16,089 bases of DNA from Pseudomonadota bacterium (GTDB lineage: Bacteria > Bdellovibrionota_B > Oligoflexia > Oligoflexales > CAIMVM01), in assembly GCA_037142195.1 (NCBI GenBank), contig JBAXBA010000083.1, forward strand, positions 1 through 16,089, in the 5' to 3' direction. The position numbers were made by a program, and so were the translations under genes. A model generated the notes under the pieces. The model was not told the origin of the DNA and ran no database searches. It saw only the letters and a list, made by a program, of their open reading frames with translations. Positions 7,648 through 16,089 of the stretch are shown piece after piece. Position 1 is the stretch's first letter. Each line of letters starts with the position of its first letter.

Positions 7648-8177
7648 TCCTACTTTTCTTTATTATTTTAGAAAGTAAGTTTGCCTTTGGAATACCTATG
7701 GATACCGAACCGTTGGTGAGGGCAAGATTTGGCTGGGAACTTGAGAGCAGAGAACAGTCAGATGGCGATAGCAAAGGATTTATTAATTGGTCGGCATCGG
7801 GAGAGTATCCTATTCTGGATTTACTATCTGGTGTCGCCTCCCTTCAATATTCCCCTGATGCCCATAAAGATACAAATGAGTTTTCCATTTACCAAAACCA
7901 CCTCAAGTTAGGTGTTGGACTGCAAGCTCATTATAGCTTCTGGCTTCGCTGGTTCTTTGAAAATCAACTGGTTTTGATTGAGGAGCAAGTGAAATACCAA
8001 TCCCGTTTTAGCAGTGAATCTGTGCGCTCAGAGCTTATAGGACTTCAATCCCGAATGGGATTTGACTATCTTCTGGCTCGCCATATGGAAATTCGATTTT
8101 CTTACGGCCTTCAAAGTCGCATCGCAGATCAAAGGCTTGACAGTCTTAAAGGGCTGTTTCTAACTTATAGATTTTAG
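7638..8177 (+). CDS. Small outer-membrane beta-barrel protein (putative 8-stranded)
   Basis: Signal peptide, amphipathic beta-strand pattern and C-terminal GLFLTYRF (BAM beta-signal, terminal Phe). 10-bp overlap with the upstream gene. Confidence 0.65.
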   Translation: MRLVLLFFIILESKFAFGIPMDTEPLVRARFGWELESREQSDGDSKGFINWSASGEYPILDLLSGVASLQYSPDAHKDTNEFSIYQNHLKLGVGLQAHYSFWLRWFFENQLVLIEEQVKYQSRFSSESVRSELIGLQSRMGFDYLLARHMEIRFSYGLQSRIADQRLDSLKGLFLTYRF

Positions 8178-8209
8178 TGACCAGGAGCATAGGTGTCACA
8201 ATTGCTAAG

Positions 8210-9238
8210 TTAATTATTTTGAATCAATCGTTCAATACGATGATTTAAATAGGAGTAAGCTAAGGTTAAGTCTTTAAATACGGACTCATCTCCACCTCTG
8301 TCTGGGTGGTATTTTTTAGCTAACTCAATATAGCGAGACCGCAGGGAATGGGAATCTGGGATGTCGCTGAATCCCATGCATTTTAAAGAGTCGAGATCTT
8401 TACGCGTAAGTCCTTCAAAAACAAAGTTGGATTTTGCTTCCTGTCGGCGGCGCTTGAAGCCATCCCGCATCTGTTTTACGTCGTCATTTGAGTAGTCTTG
8501 GGTTGAAGAATCTTGACTTGTTGCACGGGCTTTAGCTTCGTTCAGTTCGTTTTCTTGATAAGCCCAAAGCTTTTCTGTAATGCCGTACAGCAAAATATAG
8601 ATTTGATCTAATCGACCAATGAGGAGCTTTGCTTCATGAGCAACATTTCGAAGAAAGGCGGCGAGAGATTCGCTGGCCAATTCTCTAGGAAGCGTCTCAG
8701 CAAACTTAAAGAAGTCTCCGTTTTCAAAGGGCTGGGGTAGTTCGAGAATGTGTTTTAAACTAGAATTTATAGTAAGGAGTTCTCCCCAAAGATTTTTAGG
8801 AGTTATGGAAAAAGGCAAATTTTCGGTATTTCTATTGCGCCAACTCTCCTGAACTGCCCCCTTGACTTCTAAAACCAAATCACTCGCATAATAGCCAATT
8901 ACTGCCATGGGCTCTATCTTAGAGGAAAACGGTCCCACCTCTTGGGATAACGGAGCCCGAAACCAAGTTTGATATCTCTCAGGAGCCAAGGTTCTCGGCA
9001 GAGACCGCACAGACTGTTCTAAAGTTTTAAGACGTGAACCTAACGAAGTTAGAGCATCTGAATTGCGCTGTTCGGGATCAACCAAACGTTCCCTTAGGAG
9101 CTTGATAAAGCGAGCACGATGTTGTTGAAGTTCCTCGACTTCCAAAAGACAACTTTCCACAGAGCCTGCTGAAAGGATCGCCGGCGCAAACCAGTCCCCC
9201 CTTAAAAACGTGTCGGCATCCCGTGGCGGCCTAGTCAT
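8210..9238 (-). CDS. J-domain protein (class C) with C-terminal J domain
   Basis: C-terminal LKCMGF...LRSRYIELAKKYHPDRGGDESVFKDLTLAYSYL contains the HPD motif, after a long helical N-terminal region. SD-like AAGGG precedes the ATG. Confidence 0.8.
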   Translation of the reverse strand: MTRPPRDADTFLRGDWFAPAILSAGSVESCLLEVEELQQHRARFIKLLRERLVDPEQRNSDALTSLGSRLKTLEQSVRSLPRTLAPERYQTWFRAPLSQEVGPFSSKIEPMAVIGYYASDLVLEVKGAVQESWRNRNTENLPFSITPKNLWGELLTINSSLKHILELPQPFENGDFFKFAETLPRELASESLAAFLRNVAHEAKLLIGRLDQIYILLYGITEKLWAYQENELNEAKARATSQDSSTQDYSNDDVKQMRDGFKRRRQEAKSNFVFEGLTRKDLDSLKCMGFSDIPDSHSLRSRYIELAKKYHPDRGGDESVFKDLTLAYSYLNHRIERLIQNN

Positions 9239-9539
9239 CCCTTGTTTTCCTAAAAATTATACAACTATGTCAACTATTTCAACTATAGCACTATATTGAC
9301 TTTTCTAGAAAGACTGGCTGGTCTAAATTTTTTCTATACCTAAGACCAGCCATGTTTCACGTGATACCAGCTTCCCTAACCTACCATAACTTAAAGCAAT
9401 TGATCTTTTTTTAACCTTTCAGTTTGTGGGATTTCGCAAAATTGGCAAGGAGCTCAAGGTGGCAAGCTGCCTTATTGCCTTTATTATTGGGTGCGCTATA
9501 TTGCTTGACCGACCAACAATTCCCTCAAAGGGGTTCTTT

Positions 9540-11174
9540 ATGACGAACGGCATTTTCCAAGTTCCCACTCCCAGAAACGAGCCAGTACGGCCCTATTCCG
9601 CAAAATCTCCCGAAAAGCTGCAAATCAAGCGGGAGCTCAGCCGTCTTCAAGAAACTATTTTGGAAATACCTTTAATGATCGGCGCTCAAAAGATTTTCGA
9701 GCGCCCCTTAGATAAGATTATTTGTCCGCACAACAAAACAAAAGTTCTGGCTCACTCCCGTCAAGCATCTAAAGAAGATGTCGCCAATGCCATCAAGGAA
9801 TCATTGGCTGCCGGGAAAATTTGGAGTGAAGTACCTTGGCACGAAAGAGCTGCGGTATTTCTAAAAGCGGCAGACTTGCTTGCTCACAAGTATCGTCCCA
9901 CTATGAACGCACTCACCATGTTGGCCCAGTCCAAAACCGTTCATCAGGCTGAAATCGATGCTACCTGCGAGCTCGTCGATTTCCTAAGATTTAATGTTTC
10001 TTATTTGAAATCTATTTACTCTGAGCAACCTCCTGAGCACTCCCCAGGAATCTGGAACCGGTCTGAAGCAAGAGCCCTTGAGGGCTTTGTCTTTGCGATA
10101 GGGCCTTTCAACTTTTCTTCGATTTCGGCAAACCTTGCCTTTGCTCCGGCACTTATGGGTTGTTCTGTTGTCTGGAAACCTGCTCCTGCTGCACTGCCAG
10201 CTTCCTTTCTCGCCCTTGAAATGCTTCATGAAGCCGGATTGCCAAAAGGTGTTATCAATATGATTTCAGGCGATGCCTCTTTGATTGGTGACGTTTGTCT
10301 CCATCATCGCGATTTGTCAGGAATTCATTTTACAGGTTCCACTCAAACCTTTAACTATTTATGGTCAGCCGTCGGCAAGAATATAGATTCTTATCGCTCT
10401 TATCCGCGCCTTGTGGGTGAAACTGGTGGTAAAGATTTTGTCTTTGCCCACCCAGACTGTGACCATGAAAGCCTCGTTCATCATCTTGTTCGAGGTGCAT
10501 TTGAGTACCAAGGTCAGAAATGCTCTGCCGCTTCGAGGGCCTATATTCCTAAAAGTTTATGGAAGACTGTTAAACCAGCTTTGGTGAGCCTTACCGACTC
10601 TCTTAAAATGGGCGATCCCTTTGACTTTACCAATTTTGTATCAGCAGTGATCGATCAAAGATCTTTTGACAAAATCAAGTCCTATATCGAACATGCAAAA
10701 GACTCCAAGGATGCTGAGATTATTGCGGGCGGCACCTACGATGACTCCCTCGGATTTTTTATTCGTCCAACCATCATTGAAGCGAAAAAAAGCGACTATA
10801 GAACCATGGTTGAAGAAATTTTTGGACCCGTCTTAACCATATTTGTATATAACGATGAAGACCTCGATAAAACCCTTGCCATTTGTGACTCCTCGACCAA
10901 ATACAGCTTAACAGGTGCCATTTTTGCTCGAGATAGAAACGACATCTTGAAGATGTCTCTGGCCTTAAAAAATGCTGCGGGTAATTTTTACATTAATGAC
11001 AAACCCACTGGTGCCGTCGTGGGACAACAACCCTTTGGAGGCAGCCGTGCGTCAGGCACAAATGACAAAGCAGGATCCATGTTCAATCTCCTTCGCTGGG
11101 TCAATCACCGAACTGTCAAAGAGAACTTTTTGCCTCTAAGTAACTATAAATATGACTTTTTGGAAGAAAGCTAA
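9540..11174 (+). CDS. pruA: L-glutamate gamma-semialdehyde (P5C) dehydrogenase
   Basis: PTPRNEPV N-terminus, AEIDATCELVDFLRFN, LEGFVFAIGPFNF, FTGST, YPRLVGETGGKDF, AFEYQGQKCSAASR (catalytic Cys), EEIFGP and NDKPTGAVVGQQPFGGSRASGTNDKAG. ATG 9540 follows AAGGGG. Confidence 0.95.
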   Translation: MTNGIFQVPTPRNEPVRPYSAKSPEKLQIKRELSRLQETILEIPLMIGAQKIFERPLDKIICPHNKTKVLAHSRQASKEDVANAIKESLAAGKIWSEVPWHERAAVFLKAADLLAHKYRPTMNALTMLAQSKTVHQAEIDATCELVDFLRFNVSYLKSIYSEQPPEHSPGIWNRSEARALEGFVFAIGPFNFSSISANLAFAPALMGCSVVWKPAPAALPASFLALEMLHEAGLPKGVINMISGDASLIGDVCLHHRDLSGIHFTGSTQTFNYLWSAVGKNIDSYRSYPRLVGETGGKDFVFAHPDCDHESLVHHLVRGAFEYQGQKCSAASRAYIPKSLWKTVKPALVSLTDSLKMGDPFDFTNFVSAVIDQRSFDKIKSYIEHAKDSKDAEIIAGGTYDDSLGFFIRPTIIEAKKSDYRTMVEEIFGPVLTIFVYNDEDLDKTLAICDSSTKYSLTGAIFARDRNDILKMSLALKNAAGNFYINDKPTGAVVGQQPFGGSRASGTNDKAGSMFNLLRWVNHRTVKENFLPLSNYKYDFLEES

Positions 11175-11229
11175 GACTTAGCCCCACGACCGTGACTTGA
11201 AGAATTTCTTAGACAGATTGATTTCCATG

Positions 11230-11269
11230 CGCATACTAGAAACTGACAAGTCTCTTAGTATGCGTTTTT
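11230..11269 (+). terminator. Probable intrinsic terminator after pruA
   Basis: CGCATACTA (11230-11238) pairs with TAGTATGCG (11256-11264), followed by TTTTT. Confidence 0.6.
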
Positions 11270-11475
11270 GATTTTGACTAAAAGCAATGTCTCTTTCTTT
11301 GACCCTGTCTGACCTAATTTATGACTTTTGTTGAAAAATAAAACCCATCTCGTTGATCGCGTTTAGCACATACACCGGCGCTTTCTGAGTTTAGCCTCCT
11401 TTGAGCTTTCTGCCGAAAAGTAAAGAAATGAGCAAACTCCGCTATAATCATAGATAACACAATGGGGTCGTCGTC

Positions 11476-11970
11476 ATGAAACTTATGGATCAAATCAAAT
11501 ATACTCTGTTTATACGGACATGGGGATTTCTAAAAGTACCGATGATTGCGTGGCTAAGACCCACTGTTGTGGAATTTTCCAATGACCTCATCGCCATTGA
11601 TATTCCGCTTTCCAGACGCTCAAAAAACCACTTGAACTCTATGTACTTTGGCGCCATGTGTGTCGGGGCTGATGTCGCTGGCGGAATCCTGGCCATGCAC
11701 TTTATCGAAAAAGACAAACTCCCCATCAATCTTGTTTTTGCAGATCTAAAGGTCGATTTTCTTAAAAAGGCTATGGGACGAACTCGGTTTACTTGTGCTG
11801 ATGGGGCAAAGATTAAAGACCTCATCAGCGAAGCCATGTCTTCAGGGGAAAGGGTCTCCGGCAAAGTTACAGTAACGGCTACCTGCCCCGAACTCTCTGA
11901 AAGTGAGCCCGTAGCCATCTTTGAACTCACAATAAGCTTAAGAAAAAGAAAGCCGAAGAGCGCTTCTTGA
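11476..11970 (+). CDS. Hot-dog fold thioesterase-like protein (DUF4442/PaaI/YiiD-like)
   Basis: IPLSRRSKNHLNSMYFGAMCVGADVAGG and FLKKAMGRTRFTCADG motifs. Confidence 0.85.
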   Translation: MKLMDQIKYTLFIRTWGFLKVPMIAWLRPTVVEFSNDLIAIDIPLSRRSKNHLNSMYFGAMCVGADVAGGILAMHFIEKDKLPINLVFADLKVDFLKKAMGRTRFTCADGAKIKDLISEAMSSGERVSGKVTVTATCPELSESEPVAIFELTISLRKRKPKSAS

Positions 11971-12208
11971 TGTCTTTATTTCCATGAGGAATGTGCGGCT
12001 CTGGCCGCAAAAAAGCGTCTACGTCTAGAAAACGCTCAGCGATGAGCTTTCCCGCGGCGATCGACCCCGTAACCAAAAGCCGCCTGGCCGAGAAACGTGC
12101 CCTTATCTGGTAATTTTGTTGACACAGTGACGTAAAATTGATTCCATGCTCTTTGATTTTGCCGTTAACCCGCAGGATTTTACTGCATATTTATATTTGG
12201 AGGCTATT

Positions 12209-12790
12209 ATGGCTGTTTTAGTTGGTAAACAAGCACCGGACTTTTTAGCAGATGCTGTCGTTAATGGTGAATTCAAGCAACTTCGTCTTTCCGACTTCCG
12301 TGGAAAATATGTAGTACTTTTCTTCTATCCTCTTGATTTTACATTCGTATGCCCCACAGAACTTCATGCGTTTCAGGCCAAAGTAGCTGACTTCAAAAAG
12401 CACAACACAGAAGTGATCGGTGTTTCCATCGACTCTAAATTTTCGCATTTTGCTTGGCTCAATACACCTAAAAATGAAGGTGGAATCGAGGGTGTAAAAT
12501 ATCCACTCGTTTCTGACATCACAAAATCTATCGCTCGAGACTATGATGTCTTAATACCTGATGCTGGTGTTGCTTTGAGAGGCACTTTTTTGATCGACAG
12601 AAGCGGTATTGTTCAGAGTCAAATGATCAATAACTTACCACTTGGCCGCAATATCGAAGAGGCTTATCGTCTGGTAACGGCTTTACAATTCAGTGAAGAA
12701 CACGGCGATGTATGTCCAGCGGGCTGGGAAGAAGGCAAGAAGTCCATGACTCCTGACCAAGCAGGTTTAAAAGCATTTTTCGCTAAGTAA
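12209..12790 (+). CDS. ahpC: Typical 2-Cys peroxiredoxin (AhpC/TSA)
   Basis: [14 protein letters not shown] (peroxidatic Cys), LPLGRN and VCPAGW (resolving Cys). SD GGAGG precedes ATG 12209. Confidence 0.95.
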   Translation: MAVLVGKQAPDFLADAVVNGEFKQLRLSDFRGKYVVLFFYPLDFTFVCPTELHAFQAKVADFKKHNTEVIGVSIDSKFSHFAWLNTPKNEGGIEGVKYPLVSDITKSIARDYDVLIPDAGVALRGTFLIDRSGIVQSQMINNLPLGRNIEEAYRLVTALQFSEEHGDVCPAGWEEGKKSMTPDQAGLKAFFAK

Positions 12791-12824
12791 GGTTTCTTTT
12801 TTAGTCCGAGAACCATAAACTCAC

Positions 12825-12855
12825 AAGAGCGGCCCTTAAAAGTCGCTCTTTTTTT
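12825..12855 (+). terminator. Intrinsic terminator after the peroxiredoxin gene
   Basis: AAGAGCGGC (12825-12833) pairs with GTCGCTCTT (12842-12850), followed by a T-run. Confidence 0.75.
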
Positions 12856-12865
12856 GGAATCACTG

Positions 12866-13693
12866 ATGAACTCCCTCACTGCCAGAGACGTAATTGATAA
12901 CTTTGACTTAATCCTATTAGATGCATTTGGTGTTTTAGTAGATGATGCGGGCGCCATCCCTGGAGCAGCAGCCTTTATCGACCAGCTCATCGAAAGGAAA
13001 AAAGACTTTTTTATTCTCACGAACGGATCCAAATTCACTCCTGAGGTGAGTGCTGAGGGATATCGAAAAAAAGGCCTAAAAATAGAAGATCATCAGGTGC
13101 TTTCATCTGGAAGTCTATTGAAAGACTGGGCTGCTGCAAAGGGGCATCAAGGAAAGAACGCCTGGGTGTTGGGACCTGAGTCCTCATTGCAAGTTGTGAA
13201 GGACGCGGGGCTGAAGCCTGTCAACTTTCAATTAGATGCAGATTGCCTGGTCCTTACCAATCAGGATGGCTTTAACTTTCCTGGAGACCTTGACGCCCTC
13301 ATCTCTAGGATATTTGACCTTCATCGACGCGGCAAAAACGTGAAATTGGTATGCCCTAATCCTGACGTGGTATACCCCCTAAAATCAGGACACTTTGGCA
13401 TTACAACCGGAGCTTTAGCCGTCCTCGTAGAAACGTCTTTAAACGCTCTCATGGGAGCTGGGAGTCCCAAATTTTCCTATTTGGGAAAGCCTTTCCCTCC
13501 CCTATTTGATAAAGCAACCGCCCACTTTAAAGGGAAAAGAATTTGCCTTATTGGCGATCAGCTCACCACAGATATCAAAGGGGCTAATGACTTTGGAATC
13601 ACTTCCATTCTAGTAACCACGGGGATCACTAAAGAAGTAGCAAATCATTCCGAGATAAAACCTCATTTTATTCTTAATAATTTGAGCCTTTAG
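12866..13693 (+). CDS. HAD-superfamily subfamily IIA hydrolase (NagD-like)
   Basis: LLDAFGVL motif I, ILTN motif II, CPNPD, LGKP motif III and IGDQLTTDIKGAN motif IV. Confidence 0.88.
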   Translation: MNSLTARDVIDNFDLILLDAFGVLVDDAGAIPGAAAFIDQLIERKKDFFILTNGSKFTPEVSAEGYRKKGLKIEDHQVLSSGSLLKDWAAAKGHQGKNAWVLGPESSLQVVKDAGLKPVNFQLDADCLVLTNQDGFNFPGDLDALISRIFDLHRRGKNVKLVCPNPDVVYPLKSGHFGITTGALAVLVETSLNALMGAGSPKFSYLGKPFPPLFDKATAHFKGKRICLIGDQLTTDIKGANDFGITSILVTTGITKEVANHSEIKPHFILNNLSL

Positions 13694-13826
13694 ACGCCGC
13701 CTTTTAATGCACTTTAATCTTTCCATTATTGAGTTGACCACTATTGCCCGACACCTGGTCCGAACCTATATGCGACCCTTGATTTCAAAGACCTGGAGTT
13801 CGCTGGAAAATCATAAACTGTGGGAA

Positions 13827-13855
13827 TTGTGTATTCGATTTGACTGCGGTATGAT
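13827..13855 (+). promoter_or_regulatory. Possible sigma70 promoter
   Basis: TTGTGT-N17-TATGAT, ending 25 nt before the ATG at 13881. Confidence 0.3.
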
Positions 13856-13880
13856 GAAGATACCAACTTAAGGAAATTCT

Positions 13881-14534
13881 ATGCGCTCTTTACCCCTTTT
13901 TTTTGCTTTGATTTCTTGCGTTTGCTCATGCAAAACACAAACAGGAATGGACTCTTCTAAAACTCTAGATGCTGGCCAACGATTAGATGTCTCCTTGTCA
14001 AATGACCAAAAGACGATCACAGTGAATGATGGTCTGCGAGACTCGGCTTTAAAAATAGAAGCAAACTCCTTATCAGCGCTTGTAAATTTCGTGCCTGATG
14101 ACAAGGGTCAAAGCCTTAGAACAGCTCGCTTAACAGGTGAGCTCATTACAGCTTTTGGAGTAAACCAGTACCAGAAGCAAATTGCCTTAGGCGTTCGAGG
14201 CATGACCTACAACGAACATGTGTGGTCTATGCTTTTCCTCGTTGATCTAAATATGCCTAACCAGCCAAAGCTTCTTAAGCTCTACAGAGCCGGCTCTAAA
14301 AAACCTAGCGATGAAGCGACAAATCCTTTTGCCAGGATCACAAAAATTGATTTTACGTCTTCAAACGACTTGTTCGTTACCCATAAAAGCAGTTTTGGCA
14401 GTGGAGACTCGCCGTTCTATGAAAAAGTTCGATTTGATGCGAAAGGAAACGTCGTCGAATGCATCAAACTACCAGAAGGCACTTCCAACGGATCTTGTTT
14501 TGATGAGCCCAAGTTAGCTGACTTTCCACATTAA
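13881..14534 (+). CDS. Hypothetical lipoprotein
   Basis: SD AAGGA, signal MRSLPLFFALISCVCSC with a lipobox-like Cys, a beta-rich body and a C-terminal Cys pair. Confidence 0.7.
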   Translation: MRSLPLFFALISCVCSCKTQTGMDSSKTLDAGQRLDVSLSNDQKTITVNDGLRDSALKIEANSLSALVNFVPDDKGQSLRTARLTGELITAFGVNQYQKQIALGVRGMTYNEHVWSMLFLVDLNMPNQPKLLKLYRAGSKKPSDEATNPFARITKIDFTSSNDLFVTHKSSFGSGDSPFYEKVRFDAKGNVVECIKLPEGTSNGSCFDEPKLADFPH

Positions 14535-14626
14535 TCTCCTTAAAAGAACTAGGCCTAGCAGGCCCTCTCAGGCATAAGGCGAAAAATTCATCCCTTGCCT
14601 TATCCTTAAGCTGATGGGAGCTGATC

Positions 14627-15706
14627 ATGTATAGGCCTAGTTTCCGATTAATTAAAAAGTTACTGTTGTTTCTATTTGTAAGTTCCTATGTGTCCTATGG
14701 ATGCGCAAACGATTCACAAAGGATTCGCTCGCGCCCTCCGCAAGAAATCCTCCAAACTCCCCCTCTCATTCCACCCCACGTGCAGACAGACCCCTATAAG
14801 TTTAGGCTTTCTGCTTGGTTTTCAAATCCTGAAAAATATTCGACGAGTTCGATACAAGTCGCCGATTTAATCCGGAAAGCAGAGCTACTCGGAGTAGAAA
14901 AAATTTATGTCTCCACTTGGCGAAAAGGTTGTACCGCGTATCCTTCCAACGTTATGGCAAAATGGGGTGAGGCAAAAGTGTGTCCAGGTTTCGACTGGCT
15001 GACTCCCATGTTGGCCGCGGCAAAAAAGTCTAACATCACTCTGGTTCCTTGGCTGGAATGGGGACTTCACATTCCTAGTACCAGCAAACTCAGAACGATT
15101 GGCAAACTGCCCATCGTAGAAGACGAAGTCTGGTGGGACCAAAAAGCTCCGAGACTAGATCCTTTTTCCCCAGAAGTAGTTTCGTTTTATTCCGATTTCA
15201 TTCTGGAAGCTTCGACTTTTTACGGAGTTAAAGAAGTCCATTTATGTGACAACCATGCCCTTAAAAATTCGCAGCTTACTTTAAAGAAAAAGACGGCTGA
15301 GAATTTTACTCAGACTTTAACTGACACTACGGCCCGGGCGAGAAATTTAGGGGTCTCCATTTCATTTTCCGCTTTAGACAACATTGCTGCCAAACGGGAC
15401 TATGGCTCTGACTGGTCCGAGTGGCGAAAATCTGGACTTGTTTCAAATGTTACTTCAGAGCTGTATCCTTTAAGATTTAATCCCTCGGCATTTCCAGCAA
15501 AAGCCGCAGAGGAAGTCAAGGCCGGGGCAGATCAATTGGGGATCTATGTAGGTGCTGCCGGAAACTGGACTGAGGAACAAATGCTGGGATATATGCAAGA
15601 AGCCAAAAAACTTAAGGTTGGAATTACCCTCTTTGAAATCGGTAATTTTGTTAAAGATAAGTCCGATGAAAGTATAAGGCTATTACATGACAAAATTGGA
15701 CTCTAG
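14627..15706 (+). CDS. Family-10 glycosyl hydrolase-like protein (GHL10/DUF187), exported, possibly a lipoprotein
   Basis: AWF...IYVSTWRKGCTAYPS, DWLTPMLAAAKK..ITLVPWLEWG, LDPFSPEV..FYSDFILE and DWSEWRKSGLV follow the GHL10 TIM-barrel pattern. Signal peptide ends VSYGC and is followed by a Pro-rich linker. Confidence 0.72.
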   Translation: MYRPSFRLIKKLLLFLFVSSYVSYGCANDSQRIRSRPPQEILQTPPLIPPHVQTDPYKFRLSAWFSNPEKYSTSSIQVADLIRKAELLGVEKIYVSTWRKGCTAYPSNVMAKWGEAKVCPGFDWLTPMLAAAKKSNITLVPWLEWGLHIPSTSKLRTIGKLPIVEDEVWWDQKAPRLDPFSPEVVSFYSDFILEASTFYGVKEVHLCDNHALKNSQLTLKKKTAENFTQTLTDTTARARNLGVSISFSALDNIAAKRDYGSDWSEWRKSGLVSNVTSELYPLRFNPSAFPAKAAEEVKAGADQLGIYVGAAGNWTEEQMLGYMQEAKKLKVGITLFEIGNFVKDKSDESIRLLHDKIGL

Positions 15707-16020
15707 GTTTTAGCTTAAAAACAAAGAGTTAAAGAGCTCTTACTAAAAAAGCTCGCTCCCTTTATTTTGGAATTTATGCCTGACATCAACTACAGACAAC
15801 AGCCTATAGTTCTATGAAGGCACTTCTTATAAAAAAGCTTGTTTCTGCTGTTTCTTTTAATAAGAAACCTTTTCAAATAGAATCTCATGAGCGGCCTACA
15901 TGCAATTTGGGGCATTCAGCTCAACTACAAAGAGGCATGCTGGCTGCTTTAGATCGAAGGAAATCCCTAGAGATCAAAACCAAGAAATTGTGTTTCAAGG
16001 AGGTTCAAATTTGCCCCCAT

Positions 16021-16089
16021 CTGAGGTCGAACTGCTGAGGTCGAACTGCTGAGGTCGAACTGCTGAGGTCGAACTGCTGAGGTCGAACT
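16021..16089. repeat. Perfect 14-bp tandem repeat (CTGAGGTCGAACTG)n, about 4.9 copies, truncated by the window end
   Basis: Identical units start at 16021, 16035, 16049, 16063 and 16077. Confidence 0.97.

Noticed and set aside
9426..9539. Hydrophobic N-terminal extension on PruA
   Set aside because: Family-like sequence and an SD-like motif point to ATG 9540; the enzyme is cytoplasmic.
11490..11930. 146-aa antisense ORF and the other short overlapping ORFs (e.g. 621-815, 1922-2483, 3586-3843, 12664-13038, 14885-15142)
   Set aside because: They lie opposite to or inside well-supported genes and show no motifs; treated as shadow ORFs.
12119..12150. Sigma70 promoter for ahpC at TTGACA (12119-12124)
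   Set aside because: No acceptable -10 hexamer at 16-18 bp spacing.
15814..16038. 74-aa ORF ending in the tandem repeat
   Set aside because: No SD and no recognisable domain; probably spurious, although it cannot be excluded.
16021..16089. CRISPR array
   Set aside because: Units are 14 bp, contiguous and have no spacers; no cas genes in the window.

Overview
Bacterial DNA, roughly low-40s %GC by eye; the gene style suggests a Bdellovibrionota/Oligoflexia-like organism, but that is a guess. The left ~5 kb looks accessory. It holds the 3' part and probable right end of an IS1634-type transposase that appears to have cut a small minus-strand gene, a hipBA-type toxin-antitoxin pair with a symmetric four-operator promoter, and a two-gene unit encoding a baeRF3/Balon-like release-factor homolog plus a small membrane protein. 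A ~1.1-kb ORF-free gap follows. The rest contains a coupled three-gene envelope operon (putative outer-membrane protein, HEXXH metalloprotease lipoprotein, small beta-barrel), a C-terminal J-domain protein, P5C dehydrogenase, a DUF4442-type thioesterase, a 2-Cys peroxiredoxin, a HAD-IIA hydrolase, a hypothetical lipoprotein and a GHL10-like glycoside hydrolase. A perfect 14-bp tandem repeat runs off the right edge. The best candidates for undescribed systems are the barrel-protease-barrel operon and the co-oriented baeRF/hipBA translation-dormancy cluster. All protein calls come from motif recognition, not database searches.
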